64,000 nucleotides of DNA from Selaginella moellendorffii (Eukaryota > Plantae > Lycopodiophyta), in the NCBI RefSeq assembly GCF_000143415.4, contig NW_003314303.1, positions 1,518,676-1,582,675 of the forward strand. The letters are read 5' to 3'. A model generated the notes under the pieces. The model had not been told where the DNA came from and did no database searches. It worked only from the letters and a program-made list of their open reading frames with translations. The position numbers and the translations under genes were made by a program. Numbering within the stretch: the stretch's first letter is position 1; each line of letters starts with the position of its first letter. Shown piece after piece: positions 25,345 through 39,401 of this stretch.

Positions 25345-27718
25345 ATCTTGGCCGTTGAGACATATGCAGAGCAGCTACACCAAGGTTGGTCTAGAGCTAA
25401 TGAGGCGATGGGCAAAGCTCAAGATAGGTATCGACGTGATAAGGATCAATATCATCGAGATCTATCCTATCAAGTGGGAGATCAGGTGTGGCTATCTTCT
25501 CAGAACTTGAACATTATGGGATGTTTATCTCAGAAGTTGTTATCGAGATATGTTGGACCCTATCGGGTGTTAAATCGTTTTGGTGATGTATCCTATCGAT
25601 TGGATTTGCCTGCAGAGATGTCCAATGTTCATAATGTATTTCATGCCAATTTATTAGCTCCTTACACTATGGATGTTGCACGTCAACGAGAGATTCGTCC
25701 ACTACCAGACATTGTAGATGGTGAACCTGAATATGAAATAGAGGCTATTTTGGATTCACGTTGGCTTAAACGTGCCAAACGTCGAGAGTATCTAGTTAAG
25801 TGGAAAGGTTACCCAACTTGTGAATCAACTTGGGAGCCTCTTAGTAATCTTACCCATGCTCATGAGCTTGTCATGGAGTATGAGAATAGTAATAAAGACT
25901 AGCTTTTGTAACCTTTATAATAAATCTTGCAAATTAATAAAGTAATATATTTCTATAAATCAAAGTGTCATTCCTCTTGTTCGTTAGTACTTGGGTCAGT
26001 TTTGGCAGGCTGACTTCGGCACTTTGGTGCATGGGTCTAATCCATAACTATGAGGATAACTATTATAGATTGATCACAAGTCCCCGCCTCTCTCTCGATG
26101 ACTCACTTTTGAAAAAGGGCATGGCCGTGTAAACAACTTAATCTGCCAGTTTATAATAGTTGTCTAAATCTTCCCGACGAGGTTTATTTCTTGCTCAGGG
26201 GCAGTTTGGCCTCTAGCCTTCTCCCTATGTCCCTGCGGGCAGGGATGTATCATTCCTTTGTAAGCCGAGTGGTACTCGAAGCAGCAAGGGTGGCTAACTT
26301 TGTTAGTCATTTCCTTGTTAGTGACGGCCAGAGGGTGTCTGAGTCTTAACGTCTTTGGACGTAGAGGAGAGGTCATTCCATAACTCATTTAAGTTGGTGT
26401 GTTTCCCACATAGTGTGCTTTCTGTTAACTTTCGGAGTTATTTCCTTGACGGTTTGCTAGACTTGGGTATGCATCGACAAGGACGTCAATCTTCCCTAAA
26501 GGGGGGAGAGTCGCAAATGTGACTTCGGGTATCAAAAGATACTTGTCGGCTAGTCCTTATAGACACTCTCTCCTTACTACCATGACAGCAGGAGGTTGAC
26601 ATTGCTAATTCCCTTTATTGGCTCCTTTTGTCCAAGTGTTAGTAAACTAGACTTAGCATCTATACTTAGCCGGATGAGCATAAGGACAGAATTTCTAAGT
26701 GTCTATTTGGCCAAGCACACTTGGCCCGGCTTTTTAGTTTTCTTTTGCTCTGTCTTGCACTGGCTTGGCAAGAACCCTCGCATATTGAGACTAGTCCCTC
26801 AATATCCCTGGATAATAGCTTACTGTGTTTGCCAAACACCCTCGCTATCATGCCTTTTGTGTTAGTCTTATTTCGGTCCCAAATGCTAATTATAGAAAGT
26901 GTCTAGATTCGCTCATTTGGCATATCTACGGAATGTAGAGATTGGCTTAAACACAATGGTGTTTGTCCAGTGTCCAAATTCACAATCTAGGAGCATTCCA
27001 TATTTAATAAGTTTCAAACTTATCCCAGAGACTAACTCCTGGTACTAAGGGAGGCTTCCAAAAGGGTTCCAAATGTATAGCAGGGATAATGGTTGGAATG
27101 CATGTTTAACCATCTGAGATATTAATTTGGCTCTTGCTAGGCTGTGTCGCTCCTTGTTTTGCATCCGGCTTGGGTTTAAGCCCAAGCTCCACACTGCTCT
27201 AGTTAGTGGGGTACCCTCCTCCTCGTGTTAGGCCATCGGTATGCCAAAATTGTGCCAAACTCCGTTTGACACCATTTTGCGTGCAGGTGCTAGATACGGG
27301 GAGTTGGTGCTCATGGGATTGTACTGGACCCTCATTTCGTAGTGCAACGGGCTTGGAGTTCGGCTCCAAATTCATGTGTGCTACATTTTCTCCTCCTAGT
27401 ATGTTGATCACGTCTCTCAGTTCAATGTTGAGTTGAGTGTTTTCTATCCTCCTCATACTAATCTGGATGTTAAGTGTGTGCATGAAGTTAAAAATCTTGC
27501 TTTTGTTTCATTGATAAAGTTTTTGATCAATTCTGGTGTTGAGTATTCCCCTGTTTTAAGGGTTGAGTCACTTTGGTTAGAGTTTCAAGTTGAATACATA
27601 TCCCCACTTATGAGCGCTGTTGATAGGTTTTGCTTTACTATTGTTATTGAGGAGTTTATGTATTCCCTTGAGAGTGTAAATGTTGTTATTAATTTTCCCA
27701 TCTCAAATGTTAAATTGT

Positions 27719-28835
27719 TGTCACAAATATGACTACGGGTATCAAAAGTTACTTGTTGGTTAGTGCTTTTGAATATTCTTTCCTTACTGCCACAACAACA
27801 AAAGGTCGGTATTGTTAGACTCTTTATTAGTCCCTTTTGTGCTAGTGGAGTTAATTGGCCATTTTGAGTGTATTGAGACCAAATGGACATAAAAACGGAA
27901 TTCTTATGCGCTATTAGCTAAGCATACTTAGCCTGGTAAGGAGTTCTTATCTCATTATGTTTTGCACTAGTTAGTGACAAGAACCCTCGCATATTGAGAC
28001 TAATCCCTCAATATTGTTAAATAATACCTTACCATGTCTGCCAAACACCTTTGTTATCATGCACTTTGTGTTAGTTCCATTTGGTCCTAATTGCTATTTA
28101 TGGAAAGTGTCTAGATTTGCTAATTTGGCACATTTATGGAATATAGAGATTATCCTGAACATGATAGTGTTTATCTCATGCCCAAATTTGCAATCTAGCA
28201 CCATTCCATATTTAGTAAATTTCAAGTTAGTCCCAAAGACTAACTCCTGGTACTAAGGATAGATAAGGGTGAAAACCCAAAGTGCGCATTCCTTAAGGGG
28301 TGGGGGGTCCAAATGTATAATAAGGATAGTGGATAGGTTGAGTATAGCCGACTAACCTAAAGCATAGTTTAGCTTCTGTTTGTGTGCTTATCCTTGTTCT
28401 ATGTCCGACTTAGGTTTAAGCCTAAGTTCTATTCTATACTAGCTGATGGAATACCCATATTCTTGCATTATACCATTAGTATATTGAAATAGTGTCAAAC
28501 TCTATTTAGCTCCATTTTGTCTGTTAGTCCTAGTATTGGGATGTTAGATGCTCTAGGACTATTTCAAGTCACTCTATGCTCTTGTCCCTCTACTCCTTAG
28601 GCTCTTTGCTCAAAAGTTGCTCCATGTTCCAATACCTTTGCTCGTTCGCTCCATATTTAGGAGTTTGGTTCCATTCCTTCATTTAGTGGCTTAAGGCTAT
28701 GAAATTCAAGTTCCACTCCACTATCTTTGGACATGTGGCATGTGGCACATGGCATGTGACATGTAAGGTTTCTACTTTGTGATTATCCTATAATAAATCA
28801 CAATAGGATAAAAGGTAAAAACCACATGTGCTACA
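27719..28835 (+). mobile_element. Solo LTR related to the element A LTRs
   Basis: TGTCAC..GCTACA termini with perfect TSD ATTGT (27714-27718/28836-28840). The first ~800 bp are colinear with the LTR at 14522-15443; the 3' part differs. Confidence 0.88.
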
Positions 28836-29660
28836 ATTGTGTATTAAGGAGGTTGAGCGATATAAATCTTTTGCTTATAGTGTGGTGATCGAGGTATTTT
28901 ATAATAGAAAGTCCTCTATTTTTTAAGCTTTGAGCATATGTCCTTCTTTTAATTTCCTCATTTCTACATTGAAGCTCTATTTCGTTAAAGTGGGATTTAT
29001 TCAGTAAAATAGGACTAGGTACAAATTTTCAAGTATTTGAAAATGATGTGAAATTATATGTTTTTTGTCCAGGGGCTAGACATATCTGGGGCATGGTGAC
29101 TAGCGCGGTGACTTTGTGTCCAGACTGAGTCCATCTGGTTGTATAATAAATCTCATTGTCAAGGTGAACAAGCCGAATCTGAAGCTAAAGAAGAGCGATG
29201 GCATGCGCGCACACACTATTTGTTTGTTCATTGAGCGTGTGGTGAGCTTTCCAAGATGAACGTCATTCCTATTAGCCAGACATATAACTTAATGGTGAGA
29301 ACATTTAGATATTATTCAATGTTATCTTTTTCTAACGAATCTAATTGTGAAGGTGTAGCAAGAGGCATTGCTAGTCTGGAGAAGTCATTTAACTCATTTG
29401 ACCCTTAGTGTATTTTCATGAAACTAAATAACATTCATATTATTAAGGAATTTCTCTAGTACCTTTTTTTTACGACATAGAGGCTTGCATTTCTTTCAAA
29501 GGTGATTTAGTAAAAGGCCTGAGGGCACATGCCATTCTATTTCTCAGACCGGTATTAAGATATACTAGTGCAAAGGGCCACATGCCATCACGCCTCCTCT
29601 GATTCAGATTCGGATTGTTCACCTTGAAATAAAATACATTAGAAACTTAGTAAAGGAATA

Positions 29661-32600
29661 TTAATGAATCTCACCTTGAACCCGGGTTATGAATGCTCTT
29701 GCTGCATCTCTTGCATGGTCTGGCAAGGTGATGGTGGCACTCTGCTTTCGCATCCAACCATGCACAACATTATCCACCGATATGCTCATACTGGGATCCC
29801 TTGGATTCAGCACCCATCTCTTTTCTAGGCAATCCTTCGTATATCCGGAACTTGGCTTGAACCACTCCACAGTTACATTGAAGGAGTTAGTTTCCGCGTC
29901 CTCCTCTGCATCAGTGATGCAGCGCCCCACCCATATCATTTGTTTTTTATTACTGGGTCTGACAAGCACGACCATTCCTTTGCAGACCTGTACTGGATTG
30001 AATGCTGAATCCGGCTTCTTGTTCCTCGGCCCACAATAGTGATCCTCAACATCGTTATCTGTCACTGCATTTCCAGAGGACATTGTTCCGCTACTATCTG
30101 GTGCTCTGGGTTCTGGCCAAAAGGACTCTTCCAATTCTTCATATACAACCGGCCCATTTTGGATAGCAGATATAATCTTCTCCCAGTATTCGAGCAAAGG
30201 CTTGCACCTCTTAAAATAGGATTCTCCACCAAACACCAACCCCCTCTTCCAGAAGGCAATATGCTGTCTAATCCCGGCCACTATACTTTCCTGGTCTTTG
30301 AGTCCATCCGGGTGCATCGGCCGTGGGGAACCCTGAGGAATCATAGGTTCCCCAGTTATGGGATCTCTCTTGAAGAGTTCAATGCCGTCCACTGGCAGCC
30401 ACACTGTGTCCCATTCTCTCATCTTGTACCTCATCACTGGAGCACCGTCACGCATGCTGAAATGAAACTGAAGAGGCTTGGAGTGGCCAATCAGCGTTTC
30501 GGATCCGTCCCTGATGTAGCCTCTTACAAACCCCTTAAAGTCTGGAACCTCTGTCACAAGTGCAGCTTCAACAGTGCCTTTGATGCAATTTTGGAATTCA
30601 TCGTAGAGTTGTGGGAGGGTGAGGACATTGGATCGCCAGAGGGACTCTGCCAGGTGACTGAACATGGCATCGACGTCTTCATGAGTGTGCCCAACCATGA
30701 GAAAGCCAAGTGTAACCGTTTCAAATATGCCTTTGGCAACAAGCATCGCTAAGTACGCGAAGACATACATGTTTTTGTTCTCACTGCCAGCATTGTCTGT
30801 TTGGAGTAGAAGATGGGGTGGAAGGCGACATCGGCCACAAGAACTTCCTTGAGATTCTGCTTCGTTTGGATGAGGTTGTGCATTCACCGGGCGACCAGCC
30901 TCGTCGGAATGGCATGAGGCCTCACGTGATAACCCTACAATCTGACGGCCAACATATTCACTGGGATGGCATGGGGCCCCATGCGATACTGCAAGCCTTT
31001 GCTCCTCCTCCAGCTGAACCCTGTATGGGGTTCGATCGACAAGGGCCTTATGCAAGGGTTGGCTGTTCAACTCAGTCTGCGCACTTTGCAGAGACCTTAA
31101 GTGTTTTGCTAGGGACGCAATCATCATGTTTGCACCCCCGCCACCCCATAGAGGTACAAAGAAGTTCCCATAGTTCTGGGCACCATGCCCATGAGCGATT
31201 ATGCCAAACAGAGACACAGGCAGCTGCATGGATGAAGAGATTGCCTTGGGGGCAGGATTGAGTCGAGGTAAGCACGTCTTTTTCTGGTCCATTTTGTCGT
31301 GGATGATGCAGAGGTAAGAGTCAGGTCTCTCCATGGAGAGAATCCTGTTATGATAATATGCAGTCCTGCAGCTTCTCTGCTCGATGTTGTGGTCGAGCCG
31401 CCTTCTAACCAACATCTCTCGCTCTTGAGCGCTGCAAGAATTCTTCCACAAAGCCATTTTGATAGCAATGCACTCGTCACACTTTGAAAAGCTGGAGTAC
31501 TTTCCTATACTCACATCCCTGAACCTGTTGCTCTACAATCTACTAAATCTAGATTGGCTCAGCTTCCTGTAGCCATTACTCTGGAGTTCCCGATTCACAT
31601 CTTCCAATATGGCCCCCTTGGTATACATGGAAGGGAGAACTCGTTGGGTGTCTCGTGTTCCATCTTCCAAGAGGTGGGTTTTATGTGGTTGCTGCTCGCT
31701 ACATGTCTCGACAAACCTCTTGAAGATTGCCTCTCCATATACAACATGACCCCTGGTTTTGTGCGTACCGTCGTTCCCATGGACTGCCTGTTGAACCCTT
31801 TGTTCCTCGAACTCAGTTTTGATTCTGTAGAATGTGGTTTGAGGGACTCCATAAATGATTCTCCATGCCTTCATGCAGACCAAACCCCTCTGGAAGACCA
31901 TGCCCCCCACCTGATGTTCTGAAGCATCAACAGATGACCGTAATGCCTCATACACAAAATTGCGAGCTGCCTTCCAGGACAATGTCTTGTATCTTGCTCT
32001 CTCCTCTTCAATAGCATCCCAATCAGCATGTTGACAGCACCTCCTCTTGCAACAAGCAACTGTCGAGACCATTCGAACCTCCATCGCCATTTTCTGCCTT
32101 TTCGGTTCGTTGCTCAGATCCCTTTGGCTGCGCTGTAGGAAGGTGTACTTTCTTTTCCCATGAAGAGATGTTCTGTCATCAGTTGTAGTGGTGTTTGATT
32201 GTGAATCCTTCACATTCTCAAACACTAAATGCCTCAATTTCCACCGCACAATGCTTCCAATAGTCAGACTGTTTTCTTCTGTGTCAACAACCTCTAAAAT
32301 CGCAACTCCAATATCATCCCAGCCCAATTCTTGATTAGCAACCGCATCTCTTGGATCGACAACTGTGGCTAAGCCCTCAGTTACCACCTCCCCCTCGGGG
32401 TTGTTTAGAAACACCTTTGCCTGAATCCATGTAGCACGGTTCTTAAGATCCACGGAGGGAACATGCGTCGCACTTGCGCTGTCCCCAACATCTGCTTTCT
32501 TCTACAGATTTTTCAAGGCAACAACAACATTTACCCCGACGACCATCTCTCCTCGTTCAATAGCGACCACATTCCCATCGAAAACAGTCTTTACTGATAC

Positions 32601-32729
32601 AGCAGCATTGCCTTCCCCAAGCCTTTGACAGTGTATAACAAAGTTCCGATCCATAGACACAAGGGTCCCTTTTGCAACTCTCTTCCCACCATTCAAAATG
32701 TAAACCTTTTCCCCAACCCTGAAGGCCAT
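29661..32729 (-). pseudogene. ~1020-codon Sola-like transposase interrupted by two in-frame TAG stops
   Basis: ORFs 32502-32729, 31533-32453 and 29661-31514 share one frame and are separated only by single stops. Motifs FSKCDEC, HDKMDQKK, LQTDNAGSENKN, FLMVGHTHEDVDAMFS; two related N-terminal beta-rich repeats; C-terminal SH3/Tudor-like segment. Confidence 0.8.
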
Positions 32730-33093
32730 TCTGAAAGTGCAGAAAAGAAGTTAATACCATACAAAAAATGATTGGAGAATGGCCTAAATCATAACATACC
32801 AAACAACCTCAATAGCATGAGGCCACATGCCATTATTCAAACATGCTATTGACACCCACGTGAAATTTCGCATTCACAAAATTGGCATGAGGCCTCATGC
32901 CATCTTGATATACACACAGCTGCAGGCAAGTAAAAACATACATGACAATACGCTAGCCATGAAATTGCAAGGGCCCAAGATGGCATGTGGCCTCATGCCA
33001 TTTCTAAATGTGGTCCTAAACCATTCCATGGTGAACATACCAGGAAGCACAAGTGCCGAATATCAAGAGGAAGCGGTAGCCACACCAAAGACA

Positions 33094-33225
33094 GTGCCGC
33101 TCGCAACACCGCAACTACTCGTAGTGCCGCTCGCAACACCGCAACTGCTCGTAGCGCCGCTCGCACAAACTGCCACTCGCATAAACTGCCGCTCGCAATG
33201 GCGCTCGCAATGCCGCAACCGCTTG
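33094..33225. repeat. 30-bp tandem repeat (GTGCCGCTCGCAACACCGCAACTRCTCGTA) upstream of the transposase
   Basis: Two to three near-identical units followed by shorter CGCTCGCA derivatives. Confidence 0.8.
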
Positions 33226-34024
33226 TAGACGCATAAACCACAGCTCACAACGCCGCTTACACAAGCAGCGCTCACTGCGCTCAGCGGAACCAAGAACACG
33301 GTGCACAAAAATGATAGACCTAGGAATGAGTTCGAGAATTCAAAAATAACACACGCTTGAAAGTCACATCAAATCCTCTGACAAACCAGATCTTATGATT
33401 CCTCTGACAAATTTCAAACTGAGTAGCTTCTAGACTTTGCTGTCGGAGGTTGAACTTTGTCACATCATGTCCTTGCCTCGATCCAGCTGTGCCATGTCAG
33501 TGATTCGAACTTTGCCATGCCATGTCAGCGCTCCGCGCCAAGATTATTCGCCATGTAAAGGAATAATTATGCTATGTGTGTACGTCCATTTATGGCAATA
33601 TAAGGCCACACGCCATTCAAAGAATAATGCTAGTCGAGCATTTTTTGGTGCATTTTTGGGTTCAAAATTGCATGAGCCCACACGCTATAAAGTTTACCTG
33701 TACCAAAAATAGAAACAGCTTTATTTACTTGGGAATTTAAGTGGTTGAGGCATTTTTAAACTTACAAACACATGCCCTACTTACATTCATTTGGTTGCTT
33801 AAAATTCAAAAATATTATAAACCTTTCTTTTTGCATTTTCAATATTTTCAATTATGGTTTTTGATTTTCGCAGGACCAGCCTAGTAATCTATTTGCATCC
33901 CGTCATGTTTATAGCTAGCTTTCGTTTGTCCCCTTCGCTGGCCTGAGATACATCTGCTCGGAATCTGCCTCTTACAGCATTTGCCCAGAAAGGGCATCTT
34001 TCTTCACGCAGCATTTGCCACATG

Positions 34025-34056
34025 TTTAGGGTTAGGGTTTAGGGTTTAGGGTTTAG
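34025..34056 (+). repeat. Short interstitial plant telomeric repeat (TTTAGGG)n
   Basis: TTTAGGGTTAGGGTTTAGGGTTTAGGGTTTAG. Confidence 0.85.
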
Positions 34057-35295
34057 CAATTCAGTAGCTTGATAAACATGCAAATACAGAACTTGATGCA
34101 AAATCCTTTGATATGTCACAATGCCCCTAGGACCATAAACACATTTCAATAGAGAGGGTCCTTTCATTTCATAACTCCTTACATAGATCTTGGTGAAACC
34201 AGAGTTAGTGAAGTTGGTTTCTTGTGATCCCGCATCTAATTGTGATGTCCCTTTGCAGTGTCGATGGAAAGGTCAATGCACACCAAACTGTAGAATCTTG
34301 GAGCAAAATAACGGTCGGATCTATGGCAAATGCCCCTGAAACATTGTAAGGCTCGTGTGGTCTCATGTGGTGTCCGATCGAGATGCTTCTTTGCAGAGTC
34401 ATCAAGAAGGACATTGTATACCATTCTGTAAAATCTAGTTGCGATCTAACGGTTGGATCTCTAGGAAACTCAAAACAATCTCGCGCGTGTCAGAATATTC
34501 TAGGAATATACTCCTATGTGCTCCTGAAAATGGCATGCGGCCCCACGCCATTCAAGAGATAACGCCAGATGACGCCGAGCATTTTTTGGTGCATTTTCTG
34601 GGATCAAAATTGCATGAGCCCACACGCTTGAACGTCACATCAAATCCTCTAACAATTTATTTAGCTGAACATCTGGCATTTTTGGAAATACAAGATGCTT
34701 TGGAATATCCAATCATGCATAGTATAAATATAGCGAGGGTATTAAATGATATCCCAATCATGATCTTTCTTTTGGATTTCGCGTGCATGCAGTCCGAGGA
34801 ATGATGACGTTGCGGATTTCTTTTGGATTTCACGCATGCGCGCGCCGATCCAGAAATTAATGGTGGCGCCCAAGTCCGAGGAATGATGACGTGGCGGGAT
34901 TACCAACCGTCGTGACATTTCGCGCGTGTGAGGTTAGGTTTTGCATTTTGCTTCGTACTCGCGCTCGCATCGCGCTCCCACTCGCGCTCCCACTTCTCTA
35001 CAGGTTTCTCGTGTGCATCGGCGTCCACTCGCCCTTGCATCACACTCGCGCTCGCATCGCGCTCGCATCGCGCTCATGTGCATCGGCGTCCATTTCAAGA
35101 CACACCCAGTTTGTAACTTCACCGCCAACTCCGCCGCCCACTCCGCCACCCACACGCAGCCCACTTGGCGTCCCGGGAGATTTCAGCGCCACTCTCCAAC
35201 TGTAAGTGGCAGAGTAGCCTTGCTGCTACGATCCGCTGCACACACAGTGCACATTCGCTAGCGAGTCCGGTTGTCACGCCTCCATTCAGCTTCAA

Positions 35296-38200
35296 ATGGT
35301 AAGTCTTCTAGGCCAAGTAGAAAATGGCATGAGGCCACATGCCATTCAGTAGCAACATTGGCATGCACCGATTGGGCTCTCGAGTGCAGTCCGGTTACAG
35401 ATGGCGTGTAGCCTCACGCCATCTTAGGATGCAGCCTCAAGACATCTGATGCAGTGGTGAATGGCGTGTGGCCTCACGTTATTTCCAGCTACTAGCTTTT
35501 CATCTGTCAGCTCTAATTGTTGTGCATTTCTGAACAGGCGAGGAATTGCATTCTTCTTCCAGCCACTGTCAATGTGGATGCAGAGAAGGGGGAGGAGCTC
35601 ACCAGTTGGACTTTCGGGATGGAAGGCGAGGATCTGAGGCTGTACAACACAGATGGTGGGAGAAAAGAATGCATGGGGATCCTCATCCAAGTGACAGACA
35701 CTCCATGCAGTTCCATGCAAGAATATGGACTGGCACTTGTGGTAGAGACAGCATCTGCCTTCAAGATCCACCTTGCACATCCTAGCAGCTTCCCGGAGGG
35801 GGGCAGCGGCTATGAGGAATTCCTAGAGGGAGCTAGGGAGAGGTTGCCCAGGAGGCCCACAATTTCAAAGACGCTGCGGGTCTATGAAGATCACATGGAA
35901 TCCACGGACCTCACCTACGGCGATGTTCAAAAACTATATTCCAACATTGAGCCGTTGAGAGTGACTCCAGTTCGCGAAGCAAAGGGGAAGGGGGTCGATC
36001 TGGAAACTACCTCGAAGCAGAAAAGGGTGGTCAAGCTCAAGCCGACGTCCGACTCTCCTGCTCCAAAAAAGAAGCAACTCAGTGATGCCATTGCCTTGGG
36101 TTCGAACACTACACCCACCAAAAAGAAGAGCCGCAAAGAGCAGAAAGAGCAAGAAGAGGCAGCAAAAATCGTCGCAGATAATAGTACTTGTTACTATTCC
36201 AACAAAGTATATACAATCGACGTGAGCCGTATCGACATCCAAAGCAAATACAACCACAGGCTAGTATCTGATGAGTGGGTGGAGAAATTGAAGCAGAAGA
36301 TGCTGGCAAGTCCAGTAACACCCGACATCGCAGACGTGATCCCCTACTACCAAAAAATGAAGGGCGAGATGAGGTTTCCAGACTTGATCAATAGGAAGGT
36401 GTTGGACGATCAGAACATCCGGTTCTATGCCGTCTCCGGGCAGCATTCTAGCTTGGCGATGCAAGAGATAGTTGTGGATATTATGGTGGGCGAGGAGGTG
36501 AAGAAAGTCTTCAAGACAAGAGTTCTCCGCCTGATAAAAGGCAACTCGCCCCTCCGATCTATCATATACATCTCCCACGCGCAGAATGTCAAGCAAGAAA
36601 CGTGCTACAAATCGGGTCTGCACGAGACATTGGCACGAACACGGAAGCTCTGGGTTCAACTGAAGAAGCCACAAAAACCAGGACAAGGACGTGCACTAGC
36701 AACTAGCGCCTGGCAGGTAAGCCTCGTTGTATGTGGCATAGCATGTGGCCTCACGCCATTTCCATTGCAGGAATTCTCGAGTCTTCTCTCGAAAACACTG
36801 GGGGTCAATGACACACTCAGCATCCATAACATTCTACTCGCGACAAAAGTTGTTTTTGACAAATGGGTAGATGTGCTGAGGAGGTACCATGACGGGGAGT
36901 TGCCAAACTCAATGGGTGTGGAGGACGGCCGGAAGCCCAATGATTTGAAGCTCAACGCCTTGCGTTTCTCGCGGTCTCTAGACGACGACGACCTTCTGAC
37001 AGTGGCTAATGCTCTTCTACGTGGTGAGGTAGTCTTCAACAAAACCAAAATGACTCCCGGCCATATTGTGACATACGAGGACTTGTGCACGACTCTGAGA
37101 GCTCGTGTGCTATTGAAGGATTGGATCTTCGAGCAAGTGGCCGTGGAGAGGGTGAGCATCGACACCACGCAAGAGATGATGGAAGCGCTGGAGTTGTCAA
37201 ATGAAGACATCGACGAGTACGTGAAGGGGGCCCCCAAGTTCATCGATCTGCTGCGGGATGCCACGAAAAGTAAAGCTGAGAAGTTGGATCAGTATCCAAA
37301 TTTCATTAAGATTGATGTCGACCGCCGGCTTCAGAAACAGCTCGACCCCGCAGCAGAGGCCTATCGAGAACCTTACCGGGTATACTTGAATTCGGATGAG
37401 GATCAAAGGTGGAGGAGCATCGTTTCCCGCGGAGATGAGCAGGTCAAGAACATCTTTTGTGTGATGGACTTCACAAACGAGGAGATCACTCATGCAGACG
37501 AAGTCAGCTCCATCATTGACTTAATGGTGGGACTTGCGGAGGTGGAATCTTCAGTCCACTATATGATCTATGACTCCAAATCCTATCACAAGTTCTGGAA
37601 GGCCTTGAACGAGGTGAAGGCTCGGTTGAAAGGCAAGGAGATGCGGGAGATCCATGGGATAATGGCTAAGAAGAAGATACCGACGAATGTCCGCATCTTC
37701 ACACTCGCCCTTGTTATTGGTCCTGCAGCAGAGTGGGACTGGAGTGACTTCCCAGCTTCGTTCGACAAGGCCAATCGAATTGATCTGAGGGAGGTCAATT
37801 TACCCGTGCCTGAGGAACTGAAGACGGCTATGGAGCTTTCGAATCCAAAGAAAGCTCCAGGTGCAGCATGGGAAATGCTCAGCTGAGTCTTCAACGCAAT
37901 AGCGGGTGGGTCACCTGCTTCCGACTCCAAGGGCAAATGCGTTGTCGAGTACAACTGCGGCGGACTATTCTTTCGAGCCGCACTACTCAAGGGTGTCCCG
38001 TGTGTTGCGGTGACAAACTCCATTGAAGAGGTGACTTCAATGGAGCATATAATTACAGTTGCCAAAGAAAAACAGTATCTTCTCTGCAAACCTGGTGAGT
38101 ACGCACTTTAAGTTTAAATGTTATCTCACAAGCTCTGTATGCAGGAGCGTGGCCACCCCCAGATGCTGAAATGGCGTTAACAGCTACTGTTGAAGATACC

Positions 38201-39159
38201 CATGTTGGGCCGAGCTCACAACCTGCACAAGGTAAGGTCACGTGAGGCCTCACGCCATTTTGATTATAGATCGTTGTGAATATTCAGACACGAGGACTGA
38301 AAAGCGCACTGGTGGCGCATCGAAGAAGGACAAACAGACAAGCAATAGGAAAAAAGGAGGTACAAATTATATTTGCAATGGCGTGTGGTCTCATGCCATT
38401 CCTTGCAGGAGAAACTTCTTCAAAGGCAAAACAGGCAAGCACCAGCCAAGCTCAAACTGACAGTGGTCATAAAAAGCAAAAGCACGTTGGACAGTCGTCG
38501 AGATCAGAGGCGTTTGATTCGAAAAGGAAGAAGGGCAACGAAAAGATGATAGGTAATGCCTCGCGGTTATGGCGTGTGTGCTCATGCCATTCATTGCAGA
38601 TCAAGGGCTGAGTGAAAGCAGGCAGTCACCACCTCATGACTCAGATTCCTATGGCGGACTCCCCTTCCCCAATCTCAATGGAGAGGTACAATGGATGAGG
38701 GAAGCTTTTCAAGTCAGGGCCACATTTTTCTCATCTCGTCGTCTTCGAAGGGTGCAAGAACGTGCAGAAACCATGTTAAGACAGTCGGGTGAGGATACGG
38801 TCCTAGGTCACGCACTAAAACAGGCTATGGATGTCTTGTATTTTGAGATGGAGACTCGGCCAGATGATTTTCCCAAGATGGTCCTGGAAGAACAAGCCAT
38901 CCAGCCTGAGCAGCCTATGGAAGAAATGCAGGAGGGGGATGAGGAGCCAGAGAAAGATAATGAGCAGGAAGAGCAGAAGGACGAAGAGGAGGACAAAGAA
39001 GAGGAGGACGAAGAAGAGGAGGACGAAGAGGACTTGGATGGTCCTCACAATGGTGACGATCACAATAACGACGACGACGATGATGACGACGATGGCCAGC
39101 CTGAGGTGGCCAAAGAGCAGCGGAGGAAGGTCATACAAGACAAACCATCAGGTAAATAA
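35296..39159 (+). pseudogene. Transposon cargo gene, 5' part: ParB/DndB-like domain, degenerate methyltransferase-like fold, acidic tract
   Basis: Predicted ATG exon at 35296, intron 35299-35537 and 789-aa ORF containing RLVSDEWVEKLKQKM..FYAVSGQHSSLAM. The frame continues past a TGA at 37884 into KGKCVVEYNCGGLFFRAALLKGVPCVAV. Small GT-AG introns follow; D/E-rich exon 38600-39151. Confidence 0.6.
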
Positions 39160-39401
39160 TAATACATCCATTCCTAACCTTTTACCATTTCTAACATTAT
39201 TCATGTAGGTCGCAGAGCAAATGGTAAGTAGAGATTATTCAGTTGAATTTACAAACTCTAACCTTTAGTGTCAAGGAAGGATAGTGCCAAGCAAGGGTCG
39301 AAACGTATGTCCAATCCTTCAGAATCAGCAGTGCGCCCAAGTGATATCGGTCCTAGTTCCTCAATAGCAGTTGATGGTAAATACAGTATAGTCGATTCAA
39401 T

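Larger units (their letters stand above)
14522..27385 (+). mobile_element. Ty3/gypsy chromovirus (element A), degenerate, tRNA-Met primed
   Basis: LTRs 14522-15443 and 26509-27385; PBS TGGTATCAGA at 15446; PPT AAAGGGGGGAG before the 3' LTR; near-TSD TTTTT/TTTTC. Gag zinc knuckle CFHCGESEHRSSEC, protease IDMGA, RT YIDD, RNase H, integrase HPQTDGQTE, chromodomain EYEIEAILDSR..YLVKWKGY (ORF 25306-25902). Confidence 0.93.

Noticed and set aside
28735-28765. TGGCATGTG repeats as further copies of the 22-bp palindrome
   Set aside because: Direct half-site-like repeats in the solo LTR without the 8-6-8 inverted geometry.
34025-34056. Telomere or chromosome-fusion scar
   Set aside because: Only about 4 units inside a transposon; more likely a telo-box cluster or repair filler.
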